Positions 8,976-18,124 of a DNA stretch of 64,000 bases are shown here, one piece after another; positions within the stretch are counted from its first letter, which is position 1, and each line of letters opens with the position of its first letter. The notes below the pieces were generated by a model that was given only the letters and a program-made list of their open reading frames with translations, did no database searches and had not been told where the DNA came from. Both the position numbers and the translations under genes were made by a program. Source of the DNA: Deltaproteobacteria bacterium (GTDB lineage: Bacteria > Desulfobacterota > Syntrophia > Syntrophales > JAAYKM01); NCBI GenBank assembly GCA_012522415.1, contig JAAYKM010000091.1, positions 699 to 64,698 on the forward strand. The letters run 5' to 3'.

Positions 8976-10466
8976 TCACGCCACCATCCAGGTCGTGCCG
9001 TCTGCGCCGTCTTTCAAGATGATCCCTTGGGCGACCAGGTGATGGCGAATCCGATCGGCTTCAGCCCAGTCTTTTCGGCTTCTCGCAACATTTCGTTTCT
9101 CCAGAAGCCGTTCGATCTCGTTTATATCCAACGCCCGTTTGGCAACTTCCCGTTCCCGGTCGAGGTGAAAATACTTGTCCGGATCCTCCTGGAAGAGTCC
9201 GAGCACCCCACCGATTTCCTCCATGACCTCCCCGACCATTCGGGCATCGCCGACCTTTTCGGCTGAAGTCACATCCTTTCCGGCCAACTCCAGAAAATTA
9301 TTGGCCTGCCTGACCATGTCAAACAGGTACCCGATTGCCCGGGCCGTGTTGAAATCATCTTCCATCGCTTCGATAAACTGAACCCTGAACAGACGGATGC
9401 GGTCAACCATCTCGGACGCCGGTTTCATAAAACTTTCGGCAGGCGGTGTTGCTGCGTCCGGGGCTGCCGATACGATATCCTTGATTGATTTCAAAAGTGA
9501 ATAAAAACGTTCCAGACCGAGCCGTGCTTCATGGATGGATGATTCCAAAAAATCCAGAGGGCTTCGATAATGGCTCTGCAGGATGAAAAGACGCAGGGTT
9601 TCCGGATGATGCTGTTTGAGCATCTCGCGTATGGTCGAGAAATTGCCTAGGGATTTGGACATTTTCTCATGATTGACCCGGACAAAGCCGTTATGCATCC
9701 AGTAGCGGGCGAAGGGTTTCCCCGTTGCCCCCTCGGACTGGGCCATCTCGTTTTCATGATGCGGGAAAACCAGATCCGCGCCTCCACCGTGAATATCAAA
9801 AGTATCACCAAGATACCTCTGACTCATGACGGAGCATTCAATATGCCAACCCGGCCTTCCTTTGCCCCATGGGCTTTCCCACCAGGGTTCATTCTCCTTG
9901 CTCCCCTTCCAGAGAGCAAAGTCCAAAGGATTGCGCTTTTTGTCATTGACATCGACCCGGGCGCCCGCCATCATTTCTTCAAGCCCCCTGCCCGAGAGCT
10001 TGCCGTATCCGGGAAAGGCTTCGACCGAAAAATACACATCGCCATCTGACACATAAGCCAGGTTCTTCTCCAGAAGCATCTCGATCAGGCGGACCATGTC
10101 ACCGATATGATCCGTTGCCCGGGGTGTTACCGTCGGCCTCTGCACCCCCATGGCATCCATATCCTCATTGTGTTCAAGGATATACTGCTCGGCGACATCT
10201 TCAATACTGCGCCCTGAAGCATTCGCCTTGCCGATGATTTTATCATCCACATCGGTAAAGTTCTTGACAAAGGTGACCTCATAGCCCCGGTATCTGAAAA
10301 ACCGGGCGATGACATCAAACACCACGGCAGATCGTGCGTGACCGATATGACAGGTATCATAGGCCGTTATGCCACAGACATAAAGGCCGACCTTGCCCGC
10401 TGTCAGAGGTTCGAATACTTCCTTCTTTCTGGTTTGGGTATTGTAAACCTTCAATGTCGATGCCAT
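8976..10466 (-). CDS. cysS: Cysteine--tRNA ligase
   Basis: HIGH motif (HIGHARS), KMSKS, WHIEC and FPHHENE zinc/cysteine-site motifs. SD GGAGGA precedes the ATG at 10466; the ORF is open from a GTG at 10478. Confidence 0.95.
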   Translation of the reverse strand: MASTLKVYNTQTRKKEVFEPLTAGKVGLYVCGITAYDTCHIGHARSAVVFDVIARFFRYRGYEVTFVKNFTDVDDKIIGKANASGRSIEDVAEQYILEHNEDMDAMGVQRPTVTPRATDHIGDMVRLIEMLLEKNLAYVSDGDVYFSVEAFPGYGKLSGRGLEEMMAGARVDVNDKKRNPLDFALWKGSKENEPWWESPWGKGRPGWHIECSVMSQRYLGDTFDIHGGGADLVFPHHENEMAQSEGATGKPFARYWMHNGFVRVNHEKMSKSLGNFSTIREMLKQHHPETLRLFILQSHYRSPLDFLESSIHEARLGLERFYSLLKSIKDIVSAAPDAATPPAESFMKPASEMVDRIRLFRVQFIEAMEDDFNTARAIGYLFDMVRQANNFLELAGKDVTSAEKVGDARMVGEVMEEIGGVLGLFQEDPDKYFHLDREREVAKRALDINEIERLLEKRNVARSRKDWAEADRIRHHLVAQGIILKDGADGTTWMVA

Positions 10467-10543
10467 ACCATCCTCCACTCTTTCACCATCATAATCGGCA
10501 AAAAATCATAAGAAACGATGAGGGGGCCTTAAACCGACCGGGC

Positions 10544-11581
10544 TCAGGGAAAGAGAGGAACCAGCGTCAAACCCGCCTCTTCCGGCAGGTCGCAAATAAG
10601 ATTCATGTTTTGAATCGCCTGGCCCGCTGCGCCCTTGACCAGATTGTCGATCGCCGAAACGATGATCGCCCTGTTCGTTCTCCCATCAACGGCAAGACCG
10701 ATGTCGCAATAATTTGTTCCCTTGATACACAGAAGATTAGGAAACATGCCTTTAGGGAATATGCGGACAAAGTTTTCTTCCCGGTAAAACTTATTGTATT
10801 TTTCCACGAGATCGTCAACAGTCACGGAGCGGAGCAGATCCACATAAATCGTACTCAAGATTCCCCGATTAACGGGCAACAGATGGGGGGTAAATGAAAT
10901 TGTAACCGGCTCCCCGGAAAGTTGCGAGAGGATTTGTTCCATCTCTGGAATGTGACGGTGCTGCCCTCCGACTTTATAGGCTTTGAGTCCTTCGTTCACT
11001 TCACAAAAAAGGCTCCCCATCTGGGGTTCTCGCCCTGCCCCGCTGGTTCCGGACTTTGAATCCACAATAATGGAGGATCGATCAATCCAGTCCGTATCCA
11101 ATAACGGCGCCATGCCGAGGATAACACTTGTCGGATAACAGCCGGGATTTGCGACAAAACGGGATCTTCTGATCTGGTCCCGACATAATTCAGGAATCCC
11201 GTACACGGCCTCGGAGATGAGGTCGGGGGCCTCGTGCTTTCCGTACCACTTTTCGTACACGGCCAGATTATGCAGGCGAAAATCGGCACTGAGATCAATG
11301 ACGATGCATCCGGCACGATGGAAGACCGGAGCGATCTTCATGGATGTCCCGTGCGGTAGAGCCAGAAAAACGACTTCCACCGTCTGCGCCACTTCTTCCG
11401 GCCCCGCATCCAGAAAATCAAGATCCGTCAGCTCAATGAGGGATGGGTAGGCGGTAAATATCGGTTGGCCCGCAAACCGGCGGGAGGTGGCAAATATCAA
11501 TTCCGCATCGGGATGACAAACAAGCAGACGCAACAGTTCCTGCCCTGTATAACCGCTCGCTCCGTATATCCCTATTTTCAT
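10544..11581 (-). CDS. argC: N-acetyl-gamma-glutamyl-phosphate reductase
   Basis: MKIGIYGASGYTGQELLRLL NAD-binding fold and active-site NPGCYPTS. 345 aa. Confidence 0.95.
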   Translation of the reverse strand: MKIGIYGASGYTGQELLRLLVCHPDAELIFATSRRFAGQPIFTAYPSLIELTDLDFLDAGPEEVAQTVEVVFLALPHGTSMKIAPVFHRAGCIVIDLSADFRLHNLAVYEKWYGKHEAPDLISEAVYGIPELCRDQIRRSRFVANPGCYPTSVILGMAPLLDTDWIDRSSIIVDSKSGTSGAGREPQMGSLFCEVNEGLKAYKVGGQHRHIPEMEQILSQLSGEPVTISFTPHLLPVNRGILSTIYVDLLRSVTVDDLVEKYNKFYREENFVRIFPKGMFPNLLCIKGTNYCDIGLAVDGRTNRAIIVSAIDNLVKGAAGQAIQNMNLICDLPEEAGLTLVPLFP

Positions 11582-11593
11582 CTTGAATCCTCC

Positions 11594-11619
11594 AAAAAAA
11601 AGGGAGGCCTTGGCCTCCC
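11594..11619 (-). terminator. Intrinsic terminator after rpsI
   Basis: On the minus strand, GGGAGGCC-AA-GGCCTCCC followed by 8 U, beginning 8 nt after the rpsI stop. Confidence 0.75.
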
Positions 11620-11626
11620 TTCCGGA

Positions 11627-12016
11627 TTAACGTTTCGAGAACTGGAAGCGTTTCCGCGCCCCGGGCTGACCATATTTCTTTCTTTCCTTGATCCGCGAAT
11701 CCCGGGTCAGGAAACCGATCTTCTTCAGAGTGGTGCGCATCTCCTGATCGTATTCCACGAGAACCTTGGAAATGCCGTGTTTGACGGCACCTGCCTGACC
11801 GGCCATGCCGCCGCCGCGAACATTAATGAAAAAATCAAACTGTCCGCGTTTTCCAACCGCATCAAGGGGTTGTTGAATGAGCATCTTCAGGCTATCCCGC
11901 GTAAAATAATCGTCAAATGCACGTTTGTTGACCGTGATCGCTCCCGCGCCTTCTTTCATATATATTCTGGCTATGGCTGTTTTCCTTTTTCCCGTCGCAT
12001 AGAAGCGTTTTTCCAT
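11627..12016 (-). CDS. rpsI: 30S ribosomal protein S9
   Basis: [14 protein letters not shown] and a C-terminal KRFQFSKR. The ATG at 12016 has a GGAG SD; the ORF is open to 12031. Confidence 0.95.
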   Translation of the reverse strand: MEKRFYATGKRKTAIARIYMKEGAGAITVNKRAFDDYFTRDSLKMLIQQPLDAVGKRGQFDFFINVRGGGMAGQAGAVKHGISKVLVEYDQEMRTTLKKIGFLTRDSRIKERKKYGQPGARKRFQFSKR

Positions 12017-12058
12017 TATCCGTATCTCCATAAAAAATATCTATTGAAAAATCGGTTA

Positions 12059-12490
12059 TCAACCAAAGGAAATGACTTTGGGACACTGGGCAGCATGATT
12101 ATGGTCGCTGCCCGCGTAGATTTTAAGCTTTTTCAGCATGGCCCGCCCCAGTGTATTTTTAGGCAGCATCCCCCTGACAGCTTTTCGTAGTACCTCTTCG
12201 GGTTTTTCCTGAAGTAGCTTCCCCGCAGATATCGATTTAATACCTCCCGGATAACCGGTATGATGATAGTAAATCTTGTCTTTCAATTTGTTGCCTGTGA
12301 GAACCACTTTGCCGGCATTGACGACGACAATGAAGTCCCCTGTATCCACGTGAGGCGTATAGACGGGCTTGTGCTTCCCCTTCAGTCGCGCGGCTATCTC
12401 CGTTGCCAGCCTGCCCAGCACCTGACCCTCCGCATCGACAAGAAACCAACCCCTTTGGATTTCACCTTTTTTTGCATTGTATGTAGTCAT
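12059..12490 (-). CDS. rplM: 50S ribosomal protein L13
   Basis: [27 protein letters not shown]. The start ATG at 12490 gives 143 aa. Confidence 0.95.
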   Translation of the reverse strand: MTTYNAKKGEIQRGWFLVDAEGQVLGRLATEIAARLKGKHKPVYTPHVDTGDFIVVVNAGKVVLTGNKLKDKIYYHHTGYPGGIKSISAGKLLQEKPEEVLRKAVRGMLPKNTLGRAMLKKLKIYAGSDHNHAAQCPKVISFG

Positions 12491-12815
12491 AACTGCACCA
12501 GCCTCTGAAAATTGAAACATGGACGCTACGCAATTTTACGTCGTTTGTCAAGGAAAAACCTTCAGACGGCAGGATGTTTCCGCAAAAGCCTACGCTTGCT
12601 CTTCAGTCCGAAGACTCGCAAATCCGCCAGAGGAGCCCGCCTCCTTCACGATACATATTTTCGGGGCCCCTTTCGGTATTCTCAGTCGAACTCCGCTCAT
12701 TCAGCCACGGTGGGAACATTTTCATGAATTCTCCCACAGATCAGACCTCGGATGGCAAGTCACGCATATCGGAAGCGAATAGGCTGTTTTCAGTTCACTG
12801 GCCCGGGTCGTGACG

Positions 12816-13310
12816 TTACACTCCCCGGCGCTCCCCCGAAGATTCAGAATCCAAATGTTCCCCTTTCCCTGTTTCGTCTCGTACCAAAACACCATGCAAA
12901 CGCTGCCAGTTAATGCGCGTCGACGCTTGCCTTCGGACGGCAACCTGCTGTCGTGCGGCCTCTTCAGACATCCCCCGGGACACCCACCATGCCGCAGCCA
13001 TGGCGCCGGTCCTGCTATCTCCACTCAAACAATGAACGATGATCCGTTGGTCAGGCCCAGCCTCACACACCAATTCCATAAATCGCTTCACCTGGCTTAC
13101 CGAGGGTCTGCCTCCTTCCGATACAGGGATGTTATGACGTATGAAACCGATGTCGTTCGCGGTTTTTCGATCATATAAAGGGGGTTCCTCACGCTCGTCA
13201 ATCAGGGAAACGATGACTCTGAACCCTTCCCGGTAAAGCATGAGAAGCTGTCGATCCGTAGGGCAACTACAAGCCAATATTGTTGGTTCCTCAATCCACC
13301 AAGCAAGCAT
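12816..13310 (-). CDS. Dual-specificity / Cys-based protein phosphatase family protein
   Basis: 164 aa with the CX5R P-loop VHCLSGDSRTG (Cys codon near 13029-13031). Confidence 0.75.
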   Translation of the reverse strand: MLAWWIEEPTILACSCPTDRQLLMLYREGFRVIVSLIDEREEPPLYDRKTANDIGFIRHNIPVSEGGRPSVSQVKRFMELVCEAGPDQRIIVHCLSGDSRTGAMAAAWWVSRGMSEEAARQQVAVRRQASTRINWQRLHGVLVRDETGKGEHLDSESSGERRGV

Positions 13311-13496
13311 ATCCGGTCAGAACCACCTGTTTATTGGTCTTTGTTGACAATTGCATGGTCTGCATGAAAAACCATGCACTCCCAAAACACCCCCGCTTTA
13401 CTCCATTTCGGGTCTTTGCACAACAGAATTTTTCCATTGAATAAAGTTGAACTTAAGGAATGGGCGAGCCGTTGTAAGGCGGGTGCGGAATCCTGA

Positions 13497-15008
13497 TCAG
13501 GCCAGGGACTTGTTACCATTGAGACGTTCATAGACGGCTACGTATTCACCTATCATCTTGGAGAGATTGTACAGATTCCTGGTTTCTCTCATGATATGCT
13601 TGATGTGACGTTCCCGGAGCCTGGCGGGATGCCGGTGAAAGCGTATGCTCTTCGACAGGGCATGGGAGAGTCCCCCGGAATCGTAATCCCGAAAAAGAAA
13701 ACCATTTCCCGCCCCAAGATCCGACTCCTCGCTGTCGAGCCTTAATTCGTGAATTTTATCGTGATAACCCCCGGTGTCACGGTTCGTCGCCGTGGCACCA
13801 AAAAGATTGCCTATCTGATCTATCTGACCGCATGGTTCATAAAGCGACGCTCCAAAGACGTCGTTGGCCGCAGCATACCCGAGCATGGACAGTGATTCTT
13901 CAAAATGATGGTAAGCTATCTTGCCCCCCGATGCCATGGCGATTCGTCCAAGAATTGCCTCATGTGTTCTGTCCCTCCCCACCCCGTCCCCGACAATGGC
14001 AATTTGAGCATCCCCGTTCTCGATCACGAAGCGCAGGGCGACATCCTCCAGGAGCTCCACTCCTTTTTGGCTTGGATCAAGCCGTGAAGGCCAATAGAAA
14101 AGAATGGCCTCGGGGTTGACGATCAGCCCGGTTCGCTGCTGGAACGCGACCAGATTTTTCCTCTTGGCGGCAAACACGTCATCATCAGGTCCGTAATTCC
14201 TCACCAGAAAAGGACAGACCTCCGGATACATCAGTCGTGATGGCGCGTTGAGGATGGCCAAAGTGGCCCCATGGTTGTATTTGACCTTGATTTCCTGACG
14301 CACGGCCGGGGAAAGAACGGTGCGATCGAGAAAATAATCTTCCAGGATTTCATACATGAACTGAACACCGACGAAATTGATCAGGCTCGCGTTTTTGATG
14401 GCCGTCGCCTGACAGTCGATCGTTTGCTGTCCATGTTCATTGGACATATAAAAAAAGTCGTGGAGAAGATCGATATCGACGCCGAAGAGCATGTCCAGGG
14501 GAATGTGACCTGTATGAACATTGTGAATGGTATGGAGGACCGGGCAGCCCGTTGCCTTGGCATAGGCGGTAATGGCGCCACCCGCCATCCAGTCGTGACT
14601 GTGAATGATAAGCTTCCCACCACTTTTCGCCCTGATGGTCTTGATGAAGTGCTGGACCATCTGTTTTTGGAATGTCGCCGCATTTAACAGGGGATTTCCC
14701 GAGTAGGCACTCATTAAATTGGCAATGAAAGAGGCGTTGACCAGATGGATCCGGTCCGGATCGATTTTATAACGGATATCACGCCATTGTTCTTCATTTA
14801 ACCCGCATTCTTCCTTGAAGCGTTTTTTTAAGTTCAGTGTTCCCAGATGGAAGTCAATGCCCCGTTCCCGAAGGCCCTCACACAACGCCGCCACGACCTC
14901 TCCCATGCCACCGCTTTTCCCAGAAATAAACCGTGCGAGCGTTCCCATATCCTGCGGCAATCTGCCTATTTCCGGGCTTAGAAGCAGTACGGTGGTCTTG
15001 TCATTCAT
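13497..15008 (-). CDS. Glycogen/starch-synthase-like glycosyltransferase (GT5 family)
   Basis: 503 aa. N-terminal SGGMGEVVAAL resembles the GlgA KxGGL motif. The C-terminal half has YEPCGQ..Q and TGGYHD motifs typical of GT-B glycogen synthases. Confidence 0.75.
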   Translation of the reverse strand: MNDKTTVLLLSPEIGRLPQDMGTLARFISGKSGGMGEVVAALCEGLRERGIDFHLGTLNLKKRFKEECGLNEEQWRDIRYKIDPDRIHLVNASFIANLMSAYSGNPLLNAATFQKQMVQHFIKTIRAKSGGKLIIHSHDWMAGGAITAYAKATGCPVLHTIHNVHTGHIPLDMLFGVDIDLLHDFFYMSNEHGQQTIDCQATAIKNASLINFVGVQFMYEILEDYFLDRTVLSPAVRQEIKVKYNHGATLAILNAPSRLMYPEVCPFLVRNYGPDDDVFAAKRKNLVAFQQRTGLIVNPEAILFYWPSRLDPSQKGVELLEDVALRFVIENGDAQIAIVGDGVGRDRTHEAILGRIAMASGGKIAYHHFEESLSMLGYAAANDVFGASLYEPCGQIDQIGNLFGATATNRDTGGYHDKIHELRLDSEESDLGAGNGFLFRDYDSGGLSHALSKSIRFHRHPARLRERHIKHIMRETRNLYNLSKMIGEYVAVYERLNGNKSLA

Positions 15009-15207
15009 GGTCGGGTCCTCATCCGGTTATGACTCTTCTGGAAGAGTCACCGTTTGAAATCATATTCCACCAGGGAACAACCGACATAAATTTATCCACC
15101 GACCTCACCGGCACAGGGGAATTGTGGCAAACAATTTAGTTGGATGTGGAATATGTCAGCTCAACGACCTTCTCCATGCCGGATAGGATGTATGCTTTTT
15201 CCGGGTG

Positions 15208-15459
15208 CTAAATATTTGACCATACCTTGCCGGATTCCCGTAAGTGGCAATAGTCGGCAATCAGCGCCTCATCTCTCAGAACCGCCATGGGACTGATAAG
15301 GGATACAATCCCACAGAAGGGACATTGAAAATGCATATGTCCAGACAGGGGATTGTGTCCCAGGTACTTGAACAAGGTTGAGGATTCATTCGTTTCGCCC
15401 TGATCCCATGCATCTATTTTCCCGTCTCTTCCACAGTATGCGCACCTTATCTTTCGCAT
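15208..15459 (-). CDS. Hypothetical zinc-ribbon protein
   Basis: 83 aa counted from the ATG at 15459, which follows SD GAGGAGG. Two CxxC pairs (CAYC ... CPFC). Confidence 0.5.
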   Translation of the reverse strand: MRKIRCAYCGRDGKIDAWDQGETNESSTLFKYLGHNPLSGHMHFQCPFCGIVSLISPMAVLRDEALIADYCHLRESGKVWSNI

Positions 15460-15513
15460 CGGCACAAACCTCCTCAACAGAATGGAAGCGAGTAGAAATG
15501 GGAACCAATTGAA

Positions 15514-15699
15514 TTAACCCCAATAGGATGCAGTCAGGTTATCGCATTGGCCGACTTGGTCTTCCGGAATATTCCTTTGTCTGTCTTCGGTGTGCAAAAC
15601 GGTCTCAGTTGCTGAAACATCAACACCTTTATCCAATTTAGCGGGATCAGCCGTTCTGGTCGCGGTGACAGTCATTTTTTCGCCAATGCCCACTTTCAT
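15514..15699 (-). CDS. Hypothetical small protein (61 aa)
   Basis: A strong SD (GGGAGGGG) lies 7 nt upstream of the ATG. I recognise no family. Confidence 0.4.
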   Translation of the reverse strand: MKVGIGEKMTVTATRTADPAKLDKGVDVSATETVLHTEDRQRNIPEDQVGQCDNLTASYWG

Positions 15700-15860
15700 G
15701 TCATTCCCCTCCCTTCTCGCGAACCATCAAATTACAATTCTCCCTTAACCCCATGACTCCGCTCGCATACGCGTTATTCTTCACCTCATTGCAAGCCCTG
15801 TAACAAAACATTCTGAACACATGGCCGTAAAGAGTACCAAAGAATAAATGAGTCGTTTAT

Positions 15861-15889
15861 ATATTATTTCCTCAATGTAAGATTGACAA
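15861..15889 (-). promoter_or_regulatory. Putative sigma70 promoter for the two small ORFs
   Basis: On the minus strand, TTGTCA (15889-15884), 17-nt spacer, TAATAT (15866-15861), within an AT-rich spacer. Confidence 0.3.
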
Positions 15890-15927
15890 TACGGGATAAT
15901 CAACGGGTTAATATCAGGTATATCCTG

Positions 15928-17673
15928 CTACGATGTCAGGGACATCAGGTAAGATCTCAGGTTCTTGTTGGTTTTTTTCAAATCCAGCTTTCTGCGGATA
16001 TTGTGCCGGTGAAACTCGATGGCACGAATCGAACTGCCGAGCAGTTCTGCGATTTCCTTAGTTGTTTTGCCTTCCTTTACAAGTTTGGCAATCTCAATCT
16101 CTTTCGGCGTTAACGCGCCCAGTTTCGTTGTTAACTTGTTGGCAAAAGGAGAAACGATATCATTCAGAGACATTTCCAGAATTCTGATATAAGCCGCTTC
16201 CCTGGGAGGAAGTGAGGAGTTCCTGAGCTTTTCGATGTAGGGTTTCACCAGTTTTTGCACGTTCAGGGTGATGTCATCTTCCATATCGCTTTTATCCTTT
16301 TCCCGTTGATCGAGGAGGACTTTCAGGGCAACGTTTATTTCTTCGAGAGTGATTGTTTTTGTAAGCAATTCCCGCCCCCTCTGTTTTAATTGTTCCTCCG
16401 TCATCCTCCGCTCCGTAATATCACGAATGGATTCAATCCCTCCGACAATCTCCCCTGCAGTATCGTAGAGAAAAGCGGCCTTGCCCCACAGAACACGGAG
16501 ATTTCCGGCAAACACGCCTCTGCTTTCCGCCAGGATGACGTCACCTTCTCTTATAAATTCGTCATACAGACCTTCAACGGCATCGTCCGGTTTGAACAGC
16601 AGATCAATCAACATGGGCCGCGGCAAACCATAAAAAGGGACGGCATACGCGTGGTCGCCCTGTCCGACCATATCGGCCGCCTTCACCCCGGTCATGTCTT
16701 CGATGGCTTTATTCCAGACCAAAACACGGCCCGACCGATCGATGGCATAAGTGGGATCAGGCAAAAAGTCGATGATTTCTGACAGCAGGCGTTCTGAATC
16801 CCTGAGGGCCTTTTCGGCTAAAACCCGTGTGGTAATATCTTGCGAAAAACCCTCATAATAGAGAATATTGCCAGCGGTGTTCCTGACGGCCCGCGCATTT
16901 AAAGAAACCCATATCACCTCTTTGTTTTTGGTATTAAACCCCACTTCGAAACCGTGAATAAAGCCTTCCGTATCGCAAATATTCCGAAATTTATCACGAT
17001 CTTCAGAATGAACATAATGTCCCTGTCCGATATCGTCAATGGCGTCGATCATCTCCTGCGGAGTCTCGTATCCAAACATGCGGGCATGGGCCGGATTAAC
17101 CTTGAGGATACGTCCCCCCGGCGAAGACTGAAAAATACCCTCTACGGCATTTTCAACGATACTGCGATATCGTTCCTCCGCCTCCGCCAGGTTTTTTTCG
17201 GCTTTTTTCCGCTCCGTGATGTCAACCATGACCCCAACAAGTCCGGCCAGAACACCTCGCTCATCATAGAAGGTCGCCTTGCTGAAAATGACATCCCGCA
17301 GCCTGCCGTCGGCATCAGATATCTGCCATTCATAAACCTGCTCTCCTGGATCATGGAACAGGTTTGTATCCATCTCCGTGTATTTATCCGCCAAATCCGA
17401 TGGAAAGATCTCATGAAGGGTTTTGCCGACAATCGCCTCTTTTCCCATCCCAAGAAAGGTTTCGTACGCCCTGTTGCAGCCCAGATAGATCCCGTTGGTG
17501 TCTTTGTAGAAAATCGAAATGGGGATTGTATCGACGAGAATTTGTAAAAAATCGGACTTCTGATGAGATTGCCCTGAAGCCAGTGCTTCGGCCAACAGGC
17601 TCTTTGCCTCTTGCAATTCCCTGATCAACTGGGCTTTCGTTTTCTTTTCATCCCGCATGATTCCCGTCCTCAT
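15928..17673 (-). CDS. Multi-PAS sensor fused to a LuxR/GerE-type HTH transcriptional regulator
   Basis: Several PAS S-box repeats (e.g. FYKDTNGIYLGCNRAYETFLG, NPAHARMFGYE, VWNKAIEDMTG) and a C-terminal LTPKEIEIAKLVKEGKTTKEIAELLGSSIRAIEFHRHNIRRKL. The ORF is open to 17925. The ATGs at 17673 and 17658 seem likelier starts. Confidence 0.85.
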   Translation of the reverse strand: MRTGIMRDEKKTKAQLIRELQEAKSLLAEALASGQSHQKSDFLQILVDTIPISIFYKDTNGIYLGCNRAYETFLGMGKEAIVGKTLHEIFPSDLADKYTEMDTNLFHDPGEQVYEWQISDADGRLRDVIFSKATFYDERGVLAGLVGVMVDITERKKAEKNLAEAEERYRSIVENAVEGIFQSSPGGRILKVNPAHARMFGYETPQEMIDAIDDIGQGHYVHSEDRDKFRNICDTEGFIHGFEVGFNTKNKEVIWVSLNARAVRNTAGNILYYEGFSQDITTRVLAEKALRDSERLLSEIIDFLPDPTYAIDRSGRVLVWNKAIEDMTGVKAADMVGQGDHAYAVPFYGLPRPMLIDLLFKPDDAVEGLYDEFIREGDVILAESRGVFAGNLRVLWGKAAFLYDTAGEIVGGIESIRDITERRMTEEQLKQRGRELLTKTITLEEINVALKVLLDQREKDKSDMEDDITLNVQKLVKPYIEKLRNSSLPPREAAYIRILEMSLNDIVSPFANKLTTKLGALTPKEIEIAKLVKEGKTTKEIAELLGSSIRAIEFHRHNIRRKLDLKKTNKNLRSYLMSLTS

Positions 17674-18124
17674 GGCTGCATCGGGTATCCCCTTCGCCAA
17701 CCGGACAAATAATCCCGTTGATAGCGGTAGAGCTCCTGTCTCTGAAACGGGGGCAGGCCTGTGTTCTTTTGTATCACCATCGGGGTCATCTCCTTCTGAG
17801 GCATTTGCCCCGTCTGGTTCCCCCGAAAATGTAAACAACCCTGGGTTAACCCACATTTTAGGTCTTGAAATATGCCACTCCTTATAGTAATTCCAACCTG
17901 TCGGGCGGATTTTCATGCGCCACAAACCGTAACTGGCGCGCCGTGCGGCACATCATTTAATACACTAACTTAATAGGGGCGATCCAGACTTATTTTGTTG
18001 ATCCGAAAAGGAGCACGGACGTGATTTTTCCCGGAGACGGCTTTTTTAACCGCCATTGTTTCACCTGGTTTGCACAAAGCCCACAACCTCGGCATCGACC
18101 ACACAAGGAGATACCGTCAAACCC

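Noticed and set aside
15514-15699. The 61-aa ORF as a RiPP precursor peptide.
   Set aside because: No modifying enzymes (radical SAM, YcaO, lanthipeptide synthetase, protease or ABC exporter) are adjacent. It is kept only as a hypothetical small protein.
18064-18080. A sigma54-like -24/-12 element (TGGTTTGCACAAAGC) upstream of gcvT.
   Set aside because: Only the invariant GG and GC dinucleotides match at the right spacing. The rest of the consensus (TGGCAC-N5-TTGCW) is absent, and no enhancer-binding protein gene lies nearby.
17926-18124. A possible glycine riboswitch upstream of gcvT. CCGAAAAGGAGCA loosely resembles the aptamer core CCGAAGGAGCAA.
   Set aside because: There is no GGAGAG P1/P3 element upstream, no CUCAGGCAAAAGGAC-like 3' element, and no tandem aptamer architecture. 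The resemblance rests on a single short string with a 2-nt insertion.
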